Virus record (IMG/VR): IMGVR_UViG_3300044675_005482
Span: 32,001-96,000 of that record
Reading direction: 5' to 3' (one strand)
Source of the DNA: a virus
DNA length: 64,000 bases
Positions within the stretch are counted from its first letter, which is position 1, and each line of letters begins with the position of its first letter. The notes below the pieces were generated by a model. It ran no database searches. It was not told where the DNA came from and was given only the letters and a program-made list of their open reading frames with translations. Below, in pieces: positions 1-10,071 of this stretch. Made by a program: the position numbers and the translations under genes.

Positions 1-2
1 TT

Positions 3-344
3 GTAAAGGAATGGATTTTTTATAAAACCATCAGCTGCCATGCAAAAGGGGTTATAAGTAATACAGCTACAGCAAGAGGCAGCGATAGACAGACATTTGA
101 TAATAGATATAGAAACGAACAGGTAGTCCAATTAAGAACTGCTGAAAGATTAACGGCTAGAGAAAAAATAACTAATATCCGTGATTCAGAAAACAAGGTA
201 ATTTGGACAGAGATCGATTACCCAAACGATACTCCAACTGTATTTGAAATAATTGGAACAACTCCTATAACAGATCCATTCGGCAAAACCGTAGGATTTA
301 ATTCATCTGTAAAGAGATCGGAGAACCAGCAAATTGGATTCTAG
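3..344 (+). CDS. 5'-truncated virion neck protein (head-tail adaptor/stopper-like)
   Basis: Open frame from the window edge (VKEWIFYKTISCHAKG...ENQQIGF*), read manually; lies upstream of the tail genes. Confidence 0.55.
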   Translation, partial: VKEWIFYKTISCHAKGVISNTATARGSDRQTFDNRYRNEQVVQLRTAERLTAREKITNIRDSENKVIWTEIDYPNDTPTVFEIIGTTPITDPFGKTVGFNSSVKRSENQQIGF

Positions 345-1119
345 TCAAATGTTAATTCAGGCATCCAGCGGTCTAGAAAGACTGATGGTTGGAAACCGTG
401 ATAAGGCTATATTTAAAGATAGCACAGTCGCACAGGTGTCTGCATTTGTATACTATGAGGCTAGCGTAATATCCAAGTTAACAAAAAATAAAGCATTTCA
501 AAATAAATTTAGTAAGTTAATCTTTGATCAAATAAACAAAGATTTTCCAGCATATATAGATTCACAAGCAAGAGTAAAGCCTAAATCACTTCACCATGTT
601 TATGAATGGAAAAAGGCTGGACAACCAACTGCAAGACTATTTAAATTAAATAGGTTATCTCAAAATGGACTTTCATTTTCTTTTAATTATGAATTTTTAC
701 CGTCTAGAAGTGCAGTGCCAACTAAGATGACTGGGAAAAAGCATGTGTTTGCAAACAAGGCTTCTGTTATGGAAAAAGGAGAGCCCATAATAATTGCTCC
801 AAGGTCATCTGAGAGGCTTGTGTTCAATATGGATGGTGTAACCGTATTTATGCCAATAGGGGCCTCAGTGACCGTTAGAAGGCCTGGTGGAAGCTCTGTA
901 AAGAACTTCTTTGACTTACAGTATTCAAGATATTTTAGTGGGCAATTAGTTAATGAATCTATTAAAAAATCTGGCTTTCAAAAAATGTTTAGTGGCTCAA
1001 TGGCAAAGGCTTTAAAGCTTCCAGGAAATATTAAAAGAATTCAATATTCATTTTCTAGTAATTCTATAAGGTCACAGGCAGACACGTCTTTGACTCAGGC
1101 ATTTGGAGGCTCACTATGA
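334..1119 (+). CDS. Putative neck/tail-completion protein
   Basis: 261-aa ORF between the adaptor-like and tail-terminator-like genes; function from position only. Confidence 0.45.
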   Translation: MDSSQMLIQASSGLERLMVGNRDKAIFKDSTVAQVSAFVYYEASVISKLTKNKAFQNKFSKLIFDQINKDFPAYIDSQARVKPKSLHHVYEWKKAGQPTARLFKLNRLSQNGLSFSFNYEFLPSRSAVPTKMTGKKHVFANKASVMEKGEPIIIAPRSSERLVFNMDGVTVFMPIGASVTVRRPGGSSVKNFFDLQYSRYFSGQLVNESIKKSGFQKMFSGSMAKALKLPGNIKRIQYSFSSNSIRSQADTSLTQAFGGSL

Positions 1120-1628
1120 CAGTAGATTATAAATTAGATGCGGCGGTTGAGCTAAGAAAGTACCTTTGGGATCAATTGCTAACAATAGGAATATTAGAGG
1201 ATAGAGACTATTATTCAGATAATATAGGAAAAGAAATTGTTCCTATTATTCCAGTACAACAGGCTCCAGAGCTAAATCAATTTTTAAGCGGAAAGACTCA
1301 TATAGTCTATGACAAGATAGGCATGTCATATGAAGACAACTGGGCAATATGTTGTGAGCAAATATTGTTTACAATTTATTCTACAGATGTCTCACAGGTT
1401 AATCAAATTAGAAACTTTATGACTGACCTATTTAGAAGAATGGACGAATCAGCTAAAGACGTAAATCTTTGGCCTGGGGTATCTGACAAGTTTAAGTTCT
1501 ACAGCATCTTTATATCTGAGATATCTCCAACAACTCCATCAGATGAGTTAAAGGGCTTCCTTTCAGCCGACGTCATTCTTGAGGTCAAGTACGCAAGAAT
1601 ATCTGACATTAATGGTCGATTTGTATAG
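1116..1628 (+). CDS. Putative tail terminator protein
   Basis: 170 aa directly before the major tail protein; size and position typical of siphophage tail terminators. Confidence 0.55.
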   Translation: MTVDYKLDAAVELRKYLWDQLLTIGILEDRDYYSDNIGKEIVPIIPVQQAPELNQFLSGKTHIVYDKIGMSYEDNWAICCEQILFTIYSTDVSQVNQIRNFMTDLFRRMDESAKDVNLWPGVSDKFKFYSIFISEISPTTPSDELKGFLSADVILEVKYARISDINGRFV

Positions 1629-1631
1629 AGT

Positions 1632-1660
1632 TTGCCTTTGGGCGCATTATACACTAGAAT
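1632..1660 (+). promoter_or_regulatory. SigA-type promoter for major tail gene (TTGCCT-N17-TAGAAT)
   Basis: -35/-10 with 17-nt spacer; strong RBS AGGAGG before 1729. Confidence 0.6.
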
Positions 1661-1728
1661 TAGACAAGAGGAACGGCCTAGCCAGCCAAAACAATTTAAT
1701 ATTATTTTTTTAATAGGAGGTAGAAACA

Positions 1729-2391
1729 ATGTCATTTAACAATGCGAAAAATATCCTTGTAGGAGCATCACCACTTTTCATTTCTGAAAAGGACTCAACA
1801 CAGTCAGGTTATGTAGTACAGGAGCCAGGAACAGCTGCAGCAGCAGCATATGTATCTGGTCAGTCATACACAAAGACTTTAAATGATCTTAATGGTACAA
1901 AGTATCGTAACGTAGGTTATACAAATAACGGTCTTCAGATCACATACAACCCAACATACGATTCAGTAACAGTAGATCAGCTTCTTGATACAGCTAAGCT
2001 GTTCAAGTCTGCAATGGAAGTTATGATTGCAACTGAAATGTCAGAAGGTACTCTAGAGAACATCCTAGTTGTATTTGGACAAAAGGCAGACACATTAGCA
2101 ACAACTGGTACAGGACTAACTAAGGTAGATACACTAGGTCTTGAAGCAGGTGCACTTGGTAATGAGCCAACAGAGCGCCAGCTAATTGCAGTAGGTGCAG
2201 CTCCAACTGCAGATGCTACACAAACAGAGCGTATTTACTATGCACGTCGAGTATTGTCTGTACAACAGTCACAGTTCTCACTTGCACGTAATACACCAAC
2301 AACATTCCCAGTAACCTTCCGTCTTCTTCCAGACGCAGCTTACACAGGAGCAGAATACGGTAAGATTATTGACCGAGTTCTAACAGTTTAA
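1729..2391 (+). CDS. Major tail (tube) protein
   Basis: 220 aa, NILVGA..., VGYTNNGLQITY, TTFPVTFRLLPD; strong RBS, followed by terminator, chaperone and tape measure. Confidence 0.85.
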   Translation: MSFNNAKNILVGASPLFISEKDSTQSGYVVQEPGTAAAAAYVSGQSYTKTLNDLNGTKYRNVGYTNNGLQITYNPTYDSVTVDQLLDTAKLFKSAMEVMIATEMSEGTLENILVVFGQKADTLATTGTGLTKVDTLGLEAGALGNEPTERQLIAVGAAPTADATQTERIYYARRVLSVQQSQFSLARNTPTTFPVTFRLLPDAAYTGAEYGKIIDRVLTV

Positions 2392-2403
2392 TTTATTAAG
2401 CTT

Positions 2404-2439
2404 AGGAAGGCCTCCAGTAAAATGGGGGCCTTTCTGTTT
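2404..2439 (+). terminator. Intrinsic terminator after major tail gene
   Basis: AGGAAGGCCTCCA-GTAAAA-TGGGGGCCTTTCT hairpin followed by T-rich tract. Confidence 0.75.
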
Positions 2440-2466
2440 GTAGTGGTAATATCTATATGTTATAAT
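2438..2466 (+). promoter_or_regulatory. SigA-type promoter (TTGTAG-N17-TATAAT, extended TGn)
   Basis: TGTTATAAT at 2458-2466 upstream of the chaperone RBS GGAGGA. Confidence 0.6.
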
Positions 2467-2495
2467 AATTGAGACTAGATCCTAGGAGGATTAAA

Positions 2496-2828
2496 TTGGC
2501 AACAACAGTATATGACGTAGAAGAAATTACTCTACAAAATGGTGCTACAGCTAAGCTGAAGCCACTATCAATTAAAGAACTTAGAAAGTTTATGGTCGCC
2601 ATTCAAAGAACTGGCGAAGCAACTACAGAAGATGAAACATTAGATATTCTAATTGATGCTTGTGCAGTAGCACTTGAAAAACAACTACCAGAGTTGGTAG
2701 CAAATAGAGATTTACTAGAAGATGCATTAGACGTACCAACAATAAATCGCATACTTGAAGTATGTGGTGGTATTAAGTTGGACGACCCAAACCTACTAGC
2801 GGCAGCGGTTCTGGCTGGTCAGAACTAG
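2496..2828 (+). CDS. Tail assembly chaperone (short form, gpG-like)
   Basis: TTG start 5 nt after GGAGGA; lies between major tail and tape measure genes. Confidence 0.8.
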   Translation: MATTVYDVEEITLQNGATAKLKPLSIKELRKFMVAIQRTGEATTEDETLDILIDACAVALEKQLPELVANRDLLEDALDVPTINRILEVCGGIKLDDPNLLAAAVLAGQN

Positions 2829-3157
2829 ACTTAGCCGCTTTAGAAGGGGAAGTTTTTCTTTTAGGACACTGGAAGAATTACGAAGAACTAGAAGAAAACA
2901 TTTCAATGCCAGAGTTAATACAAACATTGAAATCAATAAAGCAGAAAGAGTCGGAAGAAAGAAAGTTTCTAGCAGGAATGCAAGGAATAGATCTAGATAT
3001 CGATGAAAATAAAAAAGAAGGTCCTACCTTTGAAGACGTTAGAAGAAAAGCTTTAGGTATACAAGCAGATTCATCTGATGTGGTTTCATTACAAGGACAA
3101 ATAGCTGCAGAAGCAGGATTTGGAATTGGTGCAGGGCTAGGATATTCTAAGGAGTAA
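2496..3157 (+). CDS. Tail assembly chaperone, -1 frameshifted long form (gpGT-like)
   Basis: Slippery heptamer C CCA AAC at 2786-2792; the -1 frame is open from 2777 to 3157 and includes ORF 2906..3157. Confidence 0.8.
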
Positions 3158-3160
3158 TAG

Positions 3161-6100
3161 ATGGCTGAAGAACAAGTAAGAACCAGAATTACCGCAGATG
3201 CGGATTTTTCTGGTCTTATTGCAGATGTTCACAAAGTAACAGCGTCACTATCCAAGTTACAGGAAAAGATTGCATCATCAAACAAAATGTTTGCAAACCA
3301 AATTGCTGTAATGAATCGATCATTTTCCGATACTTTAAGAAGCACTGGACAGTTCTCCACACACTTTGTAAGCTTAAATTCTGATGTAGAAAAGTTTGGA
3401 AAGCAATTAGATTCTGGACAGCTTAAGCTTAATCAATACTACAAGACAATGCAGGGTCACACAAGAACTTCTGGTGGTCTCATAAGAGAACTTGCAAAAC
3501 AGCAAGTAGCATTACAAAACTCAATTATTCAACCCCTTGGCAGAAATGCTCAGGGGTTGATGCAATTTAACGTACAAGTACCAAGAGGATTAAACGAGGT
3601 AAAAAATAAGGCTGCTCTTGCTAGACAAGAATTGCAGATTATGAATAAAGTTGTTCAACAGGGAGCTGGTCAATTAATCAACTGGGGTAAAAATACTCAG
3701 TGGGCTGGTCGTCAGTTAACTGTAGGACTTACGCTTCCTCTAGCAGCATTTGGTAAAGCCGCAGCAGATGCTTTTAGAACTGCAGATCAAGAACTAACAA
3801 GACTTACAAAGGTTTACGGAGACACTGCTGGATCTACGGCAGAAGAATTGGGAAGAGTAAGAAAAGAAGTTGAAGATACAGCAAAGGCTTTATCACAAAA
3901 CTTAGGAGCATCTTATAGAGAAACACTGGCTCTAGGTGCTGATATTGCAGCAACTGGACAGACTGGCCAACAACTTATCGCATCTATTGAAGAAACTACA
4001 AGACTAGCAGTGCTTGGAGAAGTAGACAGAGGCGAAGCAATGAAAGCTACGCTTGCAATTCAGTCAGCATTTAAGCAAAACACAGAAGAGCTCACAGAAT
4101 CAATTAACTTTCTTAACGCAGTTGAAAACCAAACATCAACAAGCCTTGCAGATTTAGTAGAAGCAATTCCTAAAGCTGGACCAGTAATTCAAGGACTTGG
4201 TGGAAGCGTTCAAGATTTAGCTCTTTACCTAACAGCAATGCGTGAAGGTGGAATTAACGCATCAGAAGGTGCAAATGCATTGAAATCAGGTTTAGCGTCT
4301 TTAATTAACCCAACAAAGGTTGCAGTCGGACAGTTTAAAGAATTCGGAATAGACCTTCTTGGTATTGTTAACGAAAATGCTGGAAGCACAACGGACATGC
4401 TACTTGCACTACAAGCAGCACTTGACAACCTAGATCCATTAAAGAAACAGCAAGCAATTGAAAACCTATTCGGCAAGTTCCAGTTCGCAAGAATGAACGC
4501 TTTGTTTGAGAATCTAGGAAAGCAAGGTAGCCAGACTCTTCAAGTCCTAGATTTAATGAAAGCAAGCACAGATGAGCTCGGAGCATTAGCAGATCGAGAA
4601 TTAACAGCCGTAACTGAATCCGCATCTGGTAGATACAACCGTGCAGTAGAAGGATTAAAGGCGCAACTTGCTGGAATTGGAGAAGCTTTTCTTAATATTA
4701 ATACAACATTAATTAATGTTGTAACTAAGGTTTTAGAGTTTGTACAAAATATGCCAAAGCCATTAAAGCAAGTGCTAACATTATTTGGCGGATTAACAGC
4801 AGTAGCTGGTCCACTTATTATGTTAACTGGTGTACTTGCTAACTTCTTTGGATACATAATCAAGGGCGTATTCCACATGAAGGCCCTTCTTAAAGGCGGA
4901 GAAGGATGGAAATATTTAACTCCAGAAATTTTAGCAGCTGAAAAAGCTGGAAGCTTAATAGAACAAACACTTTATAGCGACGCTAAAGCAGCAGGCGTTT
5001 TACAACTAGCATTAAGAAATCTTATTGATGAATTTTCAGTACTAGAAGCAAAGGCTGCTTCGGGATCTATTTCTGTTGCACCAGCAGTCAGAACAATGGC
5101 TGGAAACATGGTTCAAGAAGCAGGTGCAGGAGCAAGAATGGTTGATAAGAACCATCCTCTTGTTGGACCAGCATACTCTAGAGCAAGTTCTCATATGAAT
5201 CCTAGAGGAACAATGTCTGAGACAGAAAGATTAAATCAGACATTCTTTGGAATGGTTCCTGGATCAATTCCTGTAAATCAAAAGATTGGCGCTAATCCAC
5301 AAATTTATGCGGAGTCAGATCTTCCAAATATTCCAGGCTTAACTAGAATTAACGGAGCATCAACTGGTATAGTTGCTTCAGAAGCAGGCAAGTGGCATGC
5401 AATGATGGCGACACTTGGAATGCAATCACAACAAGAAATTGCTGAGTTAAAGAAATCAATTGCTGCAACTGGAGTTGCAAGCCAACAGTTCATGTCAATA
5501 TTCGATGATGTTTTGCCAGCAGTTTCTGGAATAACAAGAAATGCTGCAATTGAATCACGAGCTATTATCGCTCAATTAGAAGCAGGCGCAATGAATGTTC
5601 AGCAGGCTAGAGCAGAGATTATTGCTTTAAATGCTAGAACAGAAGCTTTGATTGCAGAAACAACAATGGCTCAGGCTCGTGGAATGGGTAGAACATTAAA
5701 CCCAACAATGATTCCTACATTAGATCAGCCAGTAGTTAATGCTACTGGAAAGTCTAATATGCGTGAATTGTTTAAAAAGAGTAAGACAAAAGACTTTATT
5801 GATAAGATTGCACGTAGCCTAGGAGTAAGAACTTCTGGAGCAGGATATAATATTGAAACAACTATTCCAAAAAGATTTGCTAAAGGTGGAGTTGTATACA
5901 GAGCAGAAGGAAGCGATGGTCCAGAGTTTAAGCCAATGGGAACTGATACTGTTCCAGCAATGCTTACTCCTGGAGAGTTTGTTGTTAAAGCAGATGCAGT
6001 AACTCCAGAAACATTACCTTATCTTAAGGCACTAAATGATTCTGGTGCAGGCAAAGACTTTATGCCCGCAGCAATGATGTGGCAAGGCACCGATGCAAAT

Positions 6101-9100
6101 CAAGCACTGGCTGGTAATAGACCTTCAATTAATTTAACTGGAGAATTTTTAGCCAACGATATGAGGCAACTGCACTCCAGAGGCTTGCATCCAATGGCTT
6201 TGCTATACGATCAAGGAGTAAGACTTGGTTACGATAAAGTTCAATTGCAGAAAGCTTTAAACGCAGCATACAATGAGCTTACATCTACATTTGCAGCAAA
6301 GGGATCTACAAAAATAAATTCAAGATACTTTGAAGTTGCTGCTAATAATATTGCTATGAAGCATTTAAAAACTGTCACTAGATATAGTCCAGCTATGAAG
6401 AGACAGGCTAGAATGGCAGAAGAGCTAATGTTTATTGGACATCAAAGAGATGCAAGAGGCAAGGGCGAACTTAAGGGTTCAAGAAGATCAGTTGGTTTTG
6501 ATGGACAAAAAATTCCTAAGCATCTAACTGGAACTTCAAGTGGTTTTTCTGGTGGACAAAATGCAGCACACTTTGCTTTAGCTCAAGAGCTTTACGATAC
6601 ACCAGCAGATAATTTATATAAAGGTCCATTGGGTAGCGGAAGTACTTTGACCAAAGTATTTGGTGCAGAAAGAGGACACATAGGTCCTAAAGTTTCTCCA
6701 TCAAGATGGAATGTACTTCTTGAAACTGTAAGAAGAAAGTCTAGATTTGCTCCAATAGCACCAGATGAAAGATCTATTGCCCTAACAAATAAATGGAGAC
6801 GTGGATACTCAAAGGGTGGAATGGTTTACATGGCAGGCGGTGGACTTGTTCCAAAGACACAGTATCTTGCAAAGGGAGACACTGTAAAAAATGCATTCCA
6901 AACTGGATTCCAGTCTGGTAAAACAGGTCCAGAAGGCGGACCTTCAGAAATGGGTAACACAGCAGCATTTGGTACTGGTATGGCATTACAGATGGGTGGA
7001 ATGTATACTGGCGGAAGCATGGGAACTGGAATGATGGCAGCAGGCACAGCAATGCAGATGCTACCTATGTTGCAGATGTTAAAGCCAGCATTAGGACAAC
7101 TTAAAAATATTACAGGAATGGTTACACTATTTGGCAAGGTTGCTGGAAATGCATTTAGAATTGCTGGAATGGCTGTTAAGTTCTTTACTGGTCCAATTGG
7201 AATAGCCTCATTAGCATTAGGCGCATTATTTATGGCGTACAGAAAAATAACAAGCATAATTAAAGAAAATAGAAGAGAGCAAGCATTACTTAATGGAATG
7301 ACTGCAAAGGGTGCAAAAGAAGCAGGCATATCTTACGAGACAATGACTGATAAGTTAAAGCGTGTTAATGCTGAGCTTAAGCTTCAAAGAGAAAAGGGAC
7401 TGCTTTCGTATGAGGCAACAACTAGCTCTGGAGTATCTGGCTTAACATTAACAATTGCAGAATTAAAAGAATTAAAGAAGACCGCAAAAGAAACAATGCC
7501 AGAGTTACTGGGAACATTTAATAGCATAGATTCATCTAAGGTTAATGATTTAGCTGCAAACTTGAAAGCCCAGTTTGTTGCTGGAGGAATGAGTGTACAA
7601 GATGCAACCAATAAGATTTATGCATTAATTGAAGCATCGAATAAAGCAGGCCAAGGCTTTGACGCAATAGCTCAAAAGGGTTTCCAGCAAATTATAGATA
7701 AGTCTTCAGCAGCAGCCTTTACTGTAAAAGCACTTGCTACAAATATAAGAGAGCTAGAAGCGGGAACAAGCGATGTAGATTCTGCAGCATTTGCCGCAAA
7801 TGTTGACTCTGTAATAGGATCACTAGATGCAGCCGTTCAATCATTAGTTGGAACTAAAGATGCAACAGGAGAAAAGATAACACAGACTCAGGCGCTAGCA
7901 ATGCAGTATCAGAAGCTTGTTGAGTTAGGCGTAAAAGATAATGAAATTGGGGAAATTGGTTTAAAGAATTTAAAGAAAGAAAGACCAGAGCTAGCATCTA
8001 TTCTTAAAGCTACAGATACAATAGGCGGAATGTATGCAAAATGGAGATTAACTTTAGCTGGCATTCAGGTTGATTTAAGAAATATTAATTCTGAAACAGC
8101 AATTGGTATGGCTATGTATCAAGATGCCCTTAACTTGGCTGGAGATCAAATTGAGTCTGGGCAAGTTGCTTCAAGGTCTTTAGGTAAAGCTGCAGCAGCT
8201 TCAAATAAATTAAAGAACGAAATTAAAACTGGACAAGATCTAATCAAAAAGGCATCTGATTCAGAAGCTGGAATGAATAGAAAACAAATTAAAGCAATCA
8301 ATGACAAAATTGCTGCAATTAAAAAAGAGGCAGATGCTAAAAGAAAAGCAATGTCTGATTCATTAGAAGCAGAAAATATAGAATTAGAGCTACAAAAACT
8401 TCAACTAGAAGCTCAATCTGCCTTAGCTCGTGGAGACAGAGATGCATATGCTCAAGCTCAGCTAAGCATACAGCAGTTAGTCAATGAGCGTCATGCCACA
8501 GAATCTTTAAATAAAGTCAAAGAAAATGAAGACAAGGCTGTTGAAGCGCAACAAAAGTTGCTCGATGCCGACGCAGAAAAGAAAGCTAGACAGCAAGAAG
8601 CTATAGCTGGTGCAGGAAAGAGCGTAGAGAATAAAGCAGAAGTTCAAAAACAAATAGATGACATAATGAACACACTAACCGCACTTGCACAAAGACAAAG
8701 AACCAACGACCTTGTTAAAGATAAAAACAAAAGAGAGACAGAAGACAAGGCTATTAAGGGCGACTTTAATAAGGTTTTAGAGTTGCTTGAAAAATCATCT
8801 AATGCGGTTCAAAATGAATTTACTTCTTATGTGGATCCTAAGACTGATAAAAGAGTAGTAGGTAAAGAGTATAAGTTCCCTAAGCAAGGAACCGTTACAA
8901 TGGGTGGAGCAGATTCTGCATTCCAGTCTTTAGTAGATGAAGTAACTTCTCAAGGCCAAACAAACTATGCTAAAATGGTAAAAGATCTTGGAGGAGGAGC
9001 AACACTTAAAGACATAGTAAAAGCAATGGGCGGAAGCGTTGCTGCAACTAAAACTCTTACCACTGCAGATGTTTTGGCAGCTACTGGCGATAAAGACATT

Positions 9101-9601
9101 AACTCTGCAAAAAAGGGAAAGGCAGCTGGAGCAAATAAGGGAGATCTTACCGATGATGCAAGAGAAGATATTATTGATAAGTTTAAATTAGAAGAAGGCG
9201 ATACTTTTACTTATGATGGAAGAACCTATGTAGTTAAAAGAGGAGAGTCTGGCTGGATGCGCTCTAGGGCAGTAAAGAGAGCTGGCGGAGGAAGATTTGT
9301 ACCTGGACAAACATATACTGTAAATGATGGCATGAAGACAGAGGGTATTAGATTTGATATGCCTGGAACAGTTTATCCTAACATTAACACTGCTCCAAGA
9401 TATAATATTCCTACAAGTGGAATTAATGGAATGAGAGGCGGTGCAAATAATGCATCTTCTTCAAATTGTGTGTATAATATTAATATTGAATTAAATGGAA
9501 CCAATGTCACAGCAGACGATGTAATGAGAAAGTTTGAGCAAAAGATGCAACTTGTTGGTGCAAAAGAGGGAAGAAATAAAACCTATGGAGGTAACGTATG
9601 A
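3161..9601 (+). CDS. Tape measure protein
   Basis: 2146 aa, Ala/Gly/Leu-rich helical, typical TMP core region and GTDTVPAMLTPGEFVV motif; follows the chaperones. Confidence 0.92.
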   Translation: MAEEQVRTRITADADFSGLIADVHKVTASLSKLQEKIASSNKMFANQIAVMNRSFSDTLRSTGQFSTHFVSLNSDVEKFGKQLDSGQLKLNQYYKTMQGHTRTSGGLIRELAKQQVALQNSIIQPLGRNAQGLMQFNVQVPRGLNEVKNKAALARQELQIMNKVVQQGAGQLINWGKNTQWAGRQLTVGLTLPLAAFGKAAADAFRTADQELTRLTKVYGDTAGSTAEELGRVRKEVEDTAKALSQNLGASYRETLALGADIAATGQTGQQLIASIEETTRLAVLGEVDRGEAMKATLAIQSAFKQNTEELTESINFLNAVENQTSTSLADLVEAIPKAGPVIQGLGGSVQDLALYLTAMREGGINASEGANALKSGLASLINPTKVAVGQFKEFGIDLLGIVNENAGSTTDMLLALQAALDNLDPLKKQQAIENLFGKFQFARMNALFENLGKQGSQTLQVLDLMKASTDELGALADRELTAVTESASGRYNRAVEGLKAQLAGIGEAFLNINTTLINVVTKVLEFVQNMPKPLKQVLTLFGGLTAVAGPLIMLTGVLANFFGYIIKGVFHMKALLKGGEGWKYLTPEILAAEKAGSLIEQTLYSDAKAAGVLQLALRNLIDEFSVLEAKAASGSISVAPAVRTMAGNMVQEAGAGARMVDKNHPLVGPAYSRASSHMNPRGTMSETERLNQTFFGMVPGSIPVNQKIGANPQIYAESDLPNIPGLTRINGASTGIVASEAGKWHAMMATLGMQSQQEIAELKKSIAATGVASQQFMSIFDDVLPAVSGITRNAAIESRAIIAQLEAGAMNVQQARAEIIALNARTEALIAETTMAQARGMGRTLNPTMIPTLDQPVVNATGKSNMRELFKKSKTKDFIDKIARSLGVRTSGAGYNIETTIPKRFAKGGVVYRAEGSDGPEFKPMGTDTVPAMLTPGEFVVKADAVTPETLPYLKALNDSGAGKDFMPAAMMWQGTDANQALAGNRPSINLTGEFLANDMRQLHSRGLHPMALLYDQGVRLGYDKVQLQKALNAAYNELTSTFAAKGSTKINSRYFEVAANNIAMKHLKTVTRYSPAMKRQARMAEELMFIGHQRDARGKGELKGSRRSVGFDGQKIPKHLTGTSSGFSGGQNAAHFALAQELYDTPADNLYKGPLGSGSTLTKVFGAERGHIGPKVSPSRWNVLLETVRRKSRFAPIAPDERSIALTNKWRRGYSKGGMVYMAGGGLVPKTQYLAKGDTVKNAFQTGFQSGKTGPEGGPSEMGNTAAFGTGMALQMGGMYTGGSMGTGMMAAGTAMQMLPMLQMLKPALGQLKNITGMVTLFGKVAGNAFRIAGMAVKFFTGPIGIASLALGALFMAYRKITSIIKENRREQALLNGMTAKGAKEAGISYETMTDKLKRVNAELKLQREKGLLSYEATTSSGVSGLTLTIAELKELKKTAKETMPELLGTFNSIDSSKVNDLAANLKAQFVAGGMSVQDATNKIYALIEASNKAGQGFDAIAQKGFQQIIDKSSAAAFTVKALATNIRELEAGTSDVDSAAFAANVDSVIGSLDAAVQSLVGTKDATGEKITQTQALAMQYQKLVELGVKDNEIGEIGLKNLKKERPELASILKATDTIGGMYAKWRLTLAGIQVDLRNINSETAIGMAMYQDALNLAGDQIESGQVASRSLGKAAAASNKLKNEIKTGQDLIKKASDSEAGMNRKQIKAINDKIAAIKKEADAKRKAMSDSLEAENIELELQKLQLEAQSALARGDRDAYAQAQLSIQQLVNERHATESLNKVKENEDKAVEAQQKLLDADAEKKARQQEAIAGAGKSVENKAEVQKQIDDIMNTLTALAQRQRTNDLVKDKNKRETEDKAIKGDFNKVLELLEKSSNAVQNEFTSYVDPKTDKRVVGKEYKFPKQGTVTMGGADSAFQSLVDEVTSQGQTNYAKMVKDLGGGATLKDIVKAMGGSVAATKTLTTADVLAATGDKDINSAKKGKAAGANKGDLTDDAREDIIDKFKLEEGDTFTYDGRTYVVKRGESGWMRSRAVKRAGGGRFVPGQTYTVNDGMKTEGIRFDMPGTVYPNINTAPRYNIPTSGINGMRGGANNASSSNCVYNINIELNGTNVTADDVMRKFEQKMQLVGAKEGRNKTYGGNV

Positions 9602-10071
9602 CTATAGAGTATTTACCTAGAGGTTCAATTCTTAGCATAGAGGCCAAGGATCTTCTTGCAACCCCAGCTGGAACAACATTAATTTGGAACAAAGTTACAG
9701 AACATAATAGAAGCGAATTGTCAGTGTCTGTTGAGCGTATTGAAAGATCAAGCAGAACCTCAAATGGAACATTGCGTAAAAACTTTATAGCCGATAAGAG
9801 AAAGTTTTCAACATCTTGGACCATGCTTCCTTCATACAGAACTTTAACTGTAGACGGAGCTTGGGGAGCTGAAGACATCAGATCTTTTTATCTATCAGAT
9901 GCTGGTAAAGGTGCATTTAACATTAAAATAAATTTAGCAAAAACAGGCACTGATCAAACATCTTCTGGGTTTGAGTTGGCTACAGTTGTAATTAGCTCAT
10001 GCAGTTTTACTGTAGTTAAAAGAGGACTTCAACCATACTGGAATGTTTCACTGGATATGGATGAGGTCTAA
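9598..10071 (+). CDS. Distal tail (Dit-like)/minor tail protein
   Basis: 157 aa directly after TMP, beta-rich. Confidence 0.6.
   Translation: MTIEYLPRGSILSIEAKDLLATPAGTTLIWNKVTEHNRSELSVSVERIERSSRTSNGTLRKNFIADKRKFSTSWTMLPSYRTLTVDGAWGAEDIRSFYLSDAGKGAFNIKINLAKTGTDQTSSGFELATVVISSCSFTVVKRGLQPYWNVSLDMDEV

Noticed and set aside
4225-7611. Several minus-strand ORFs within the tape measure gene
   Set aside because: Antisense shadows caused by codon bias; the same applies to most minus-strand ORFs in the track
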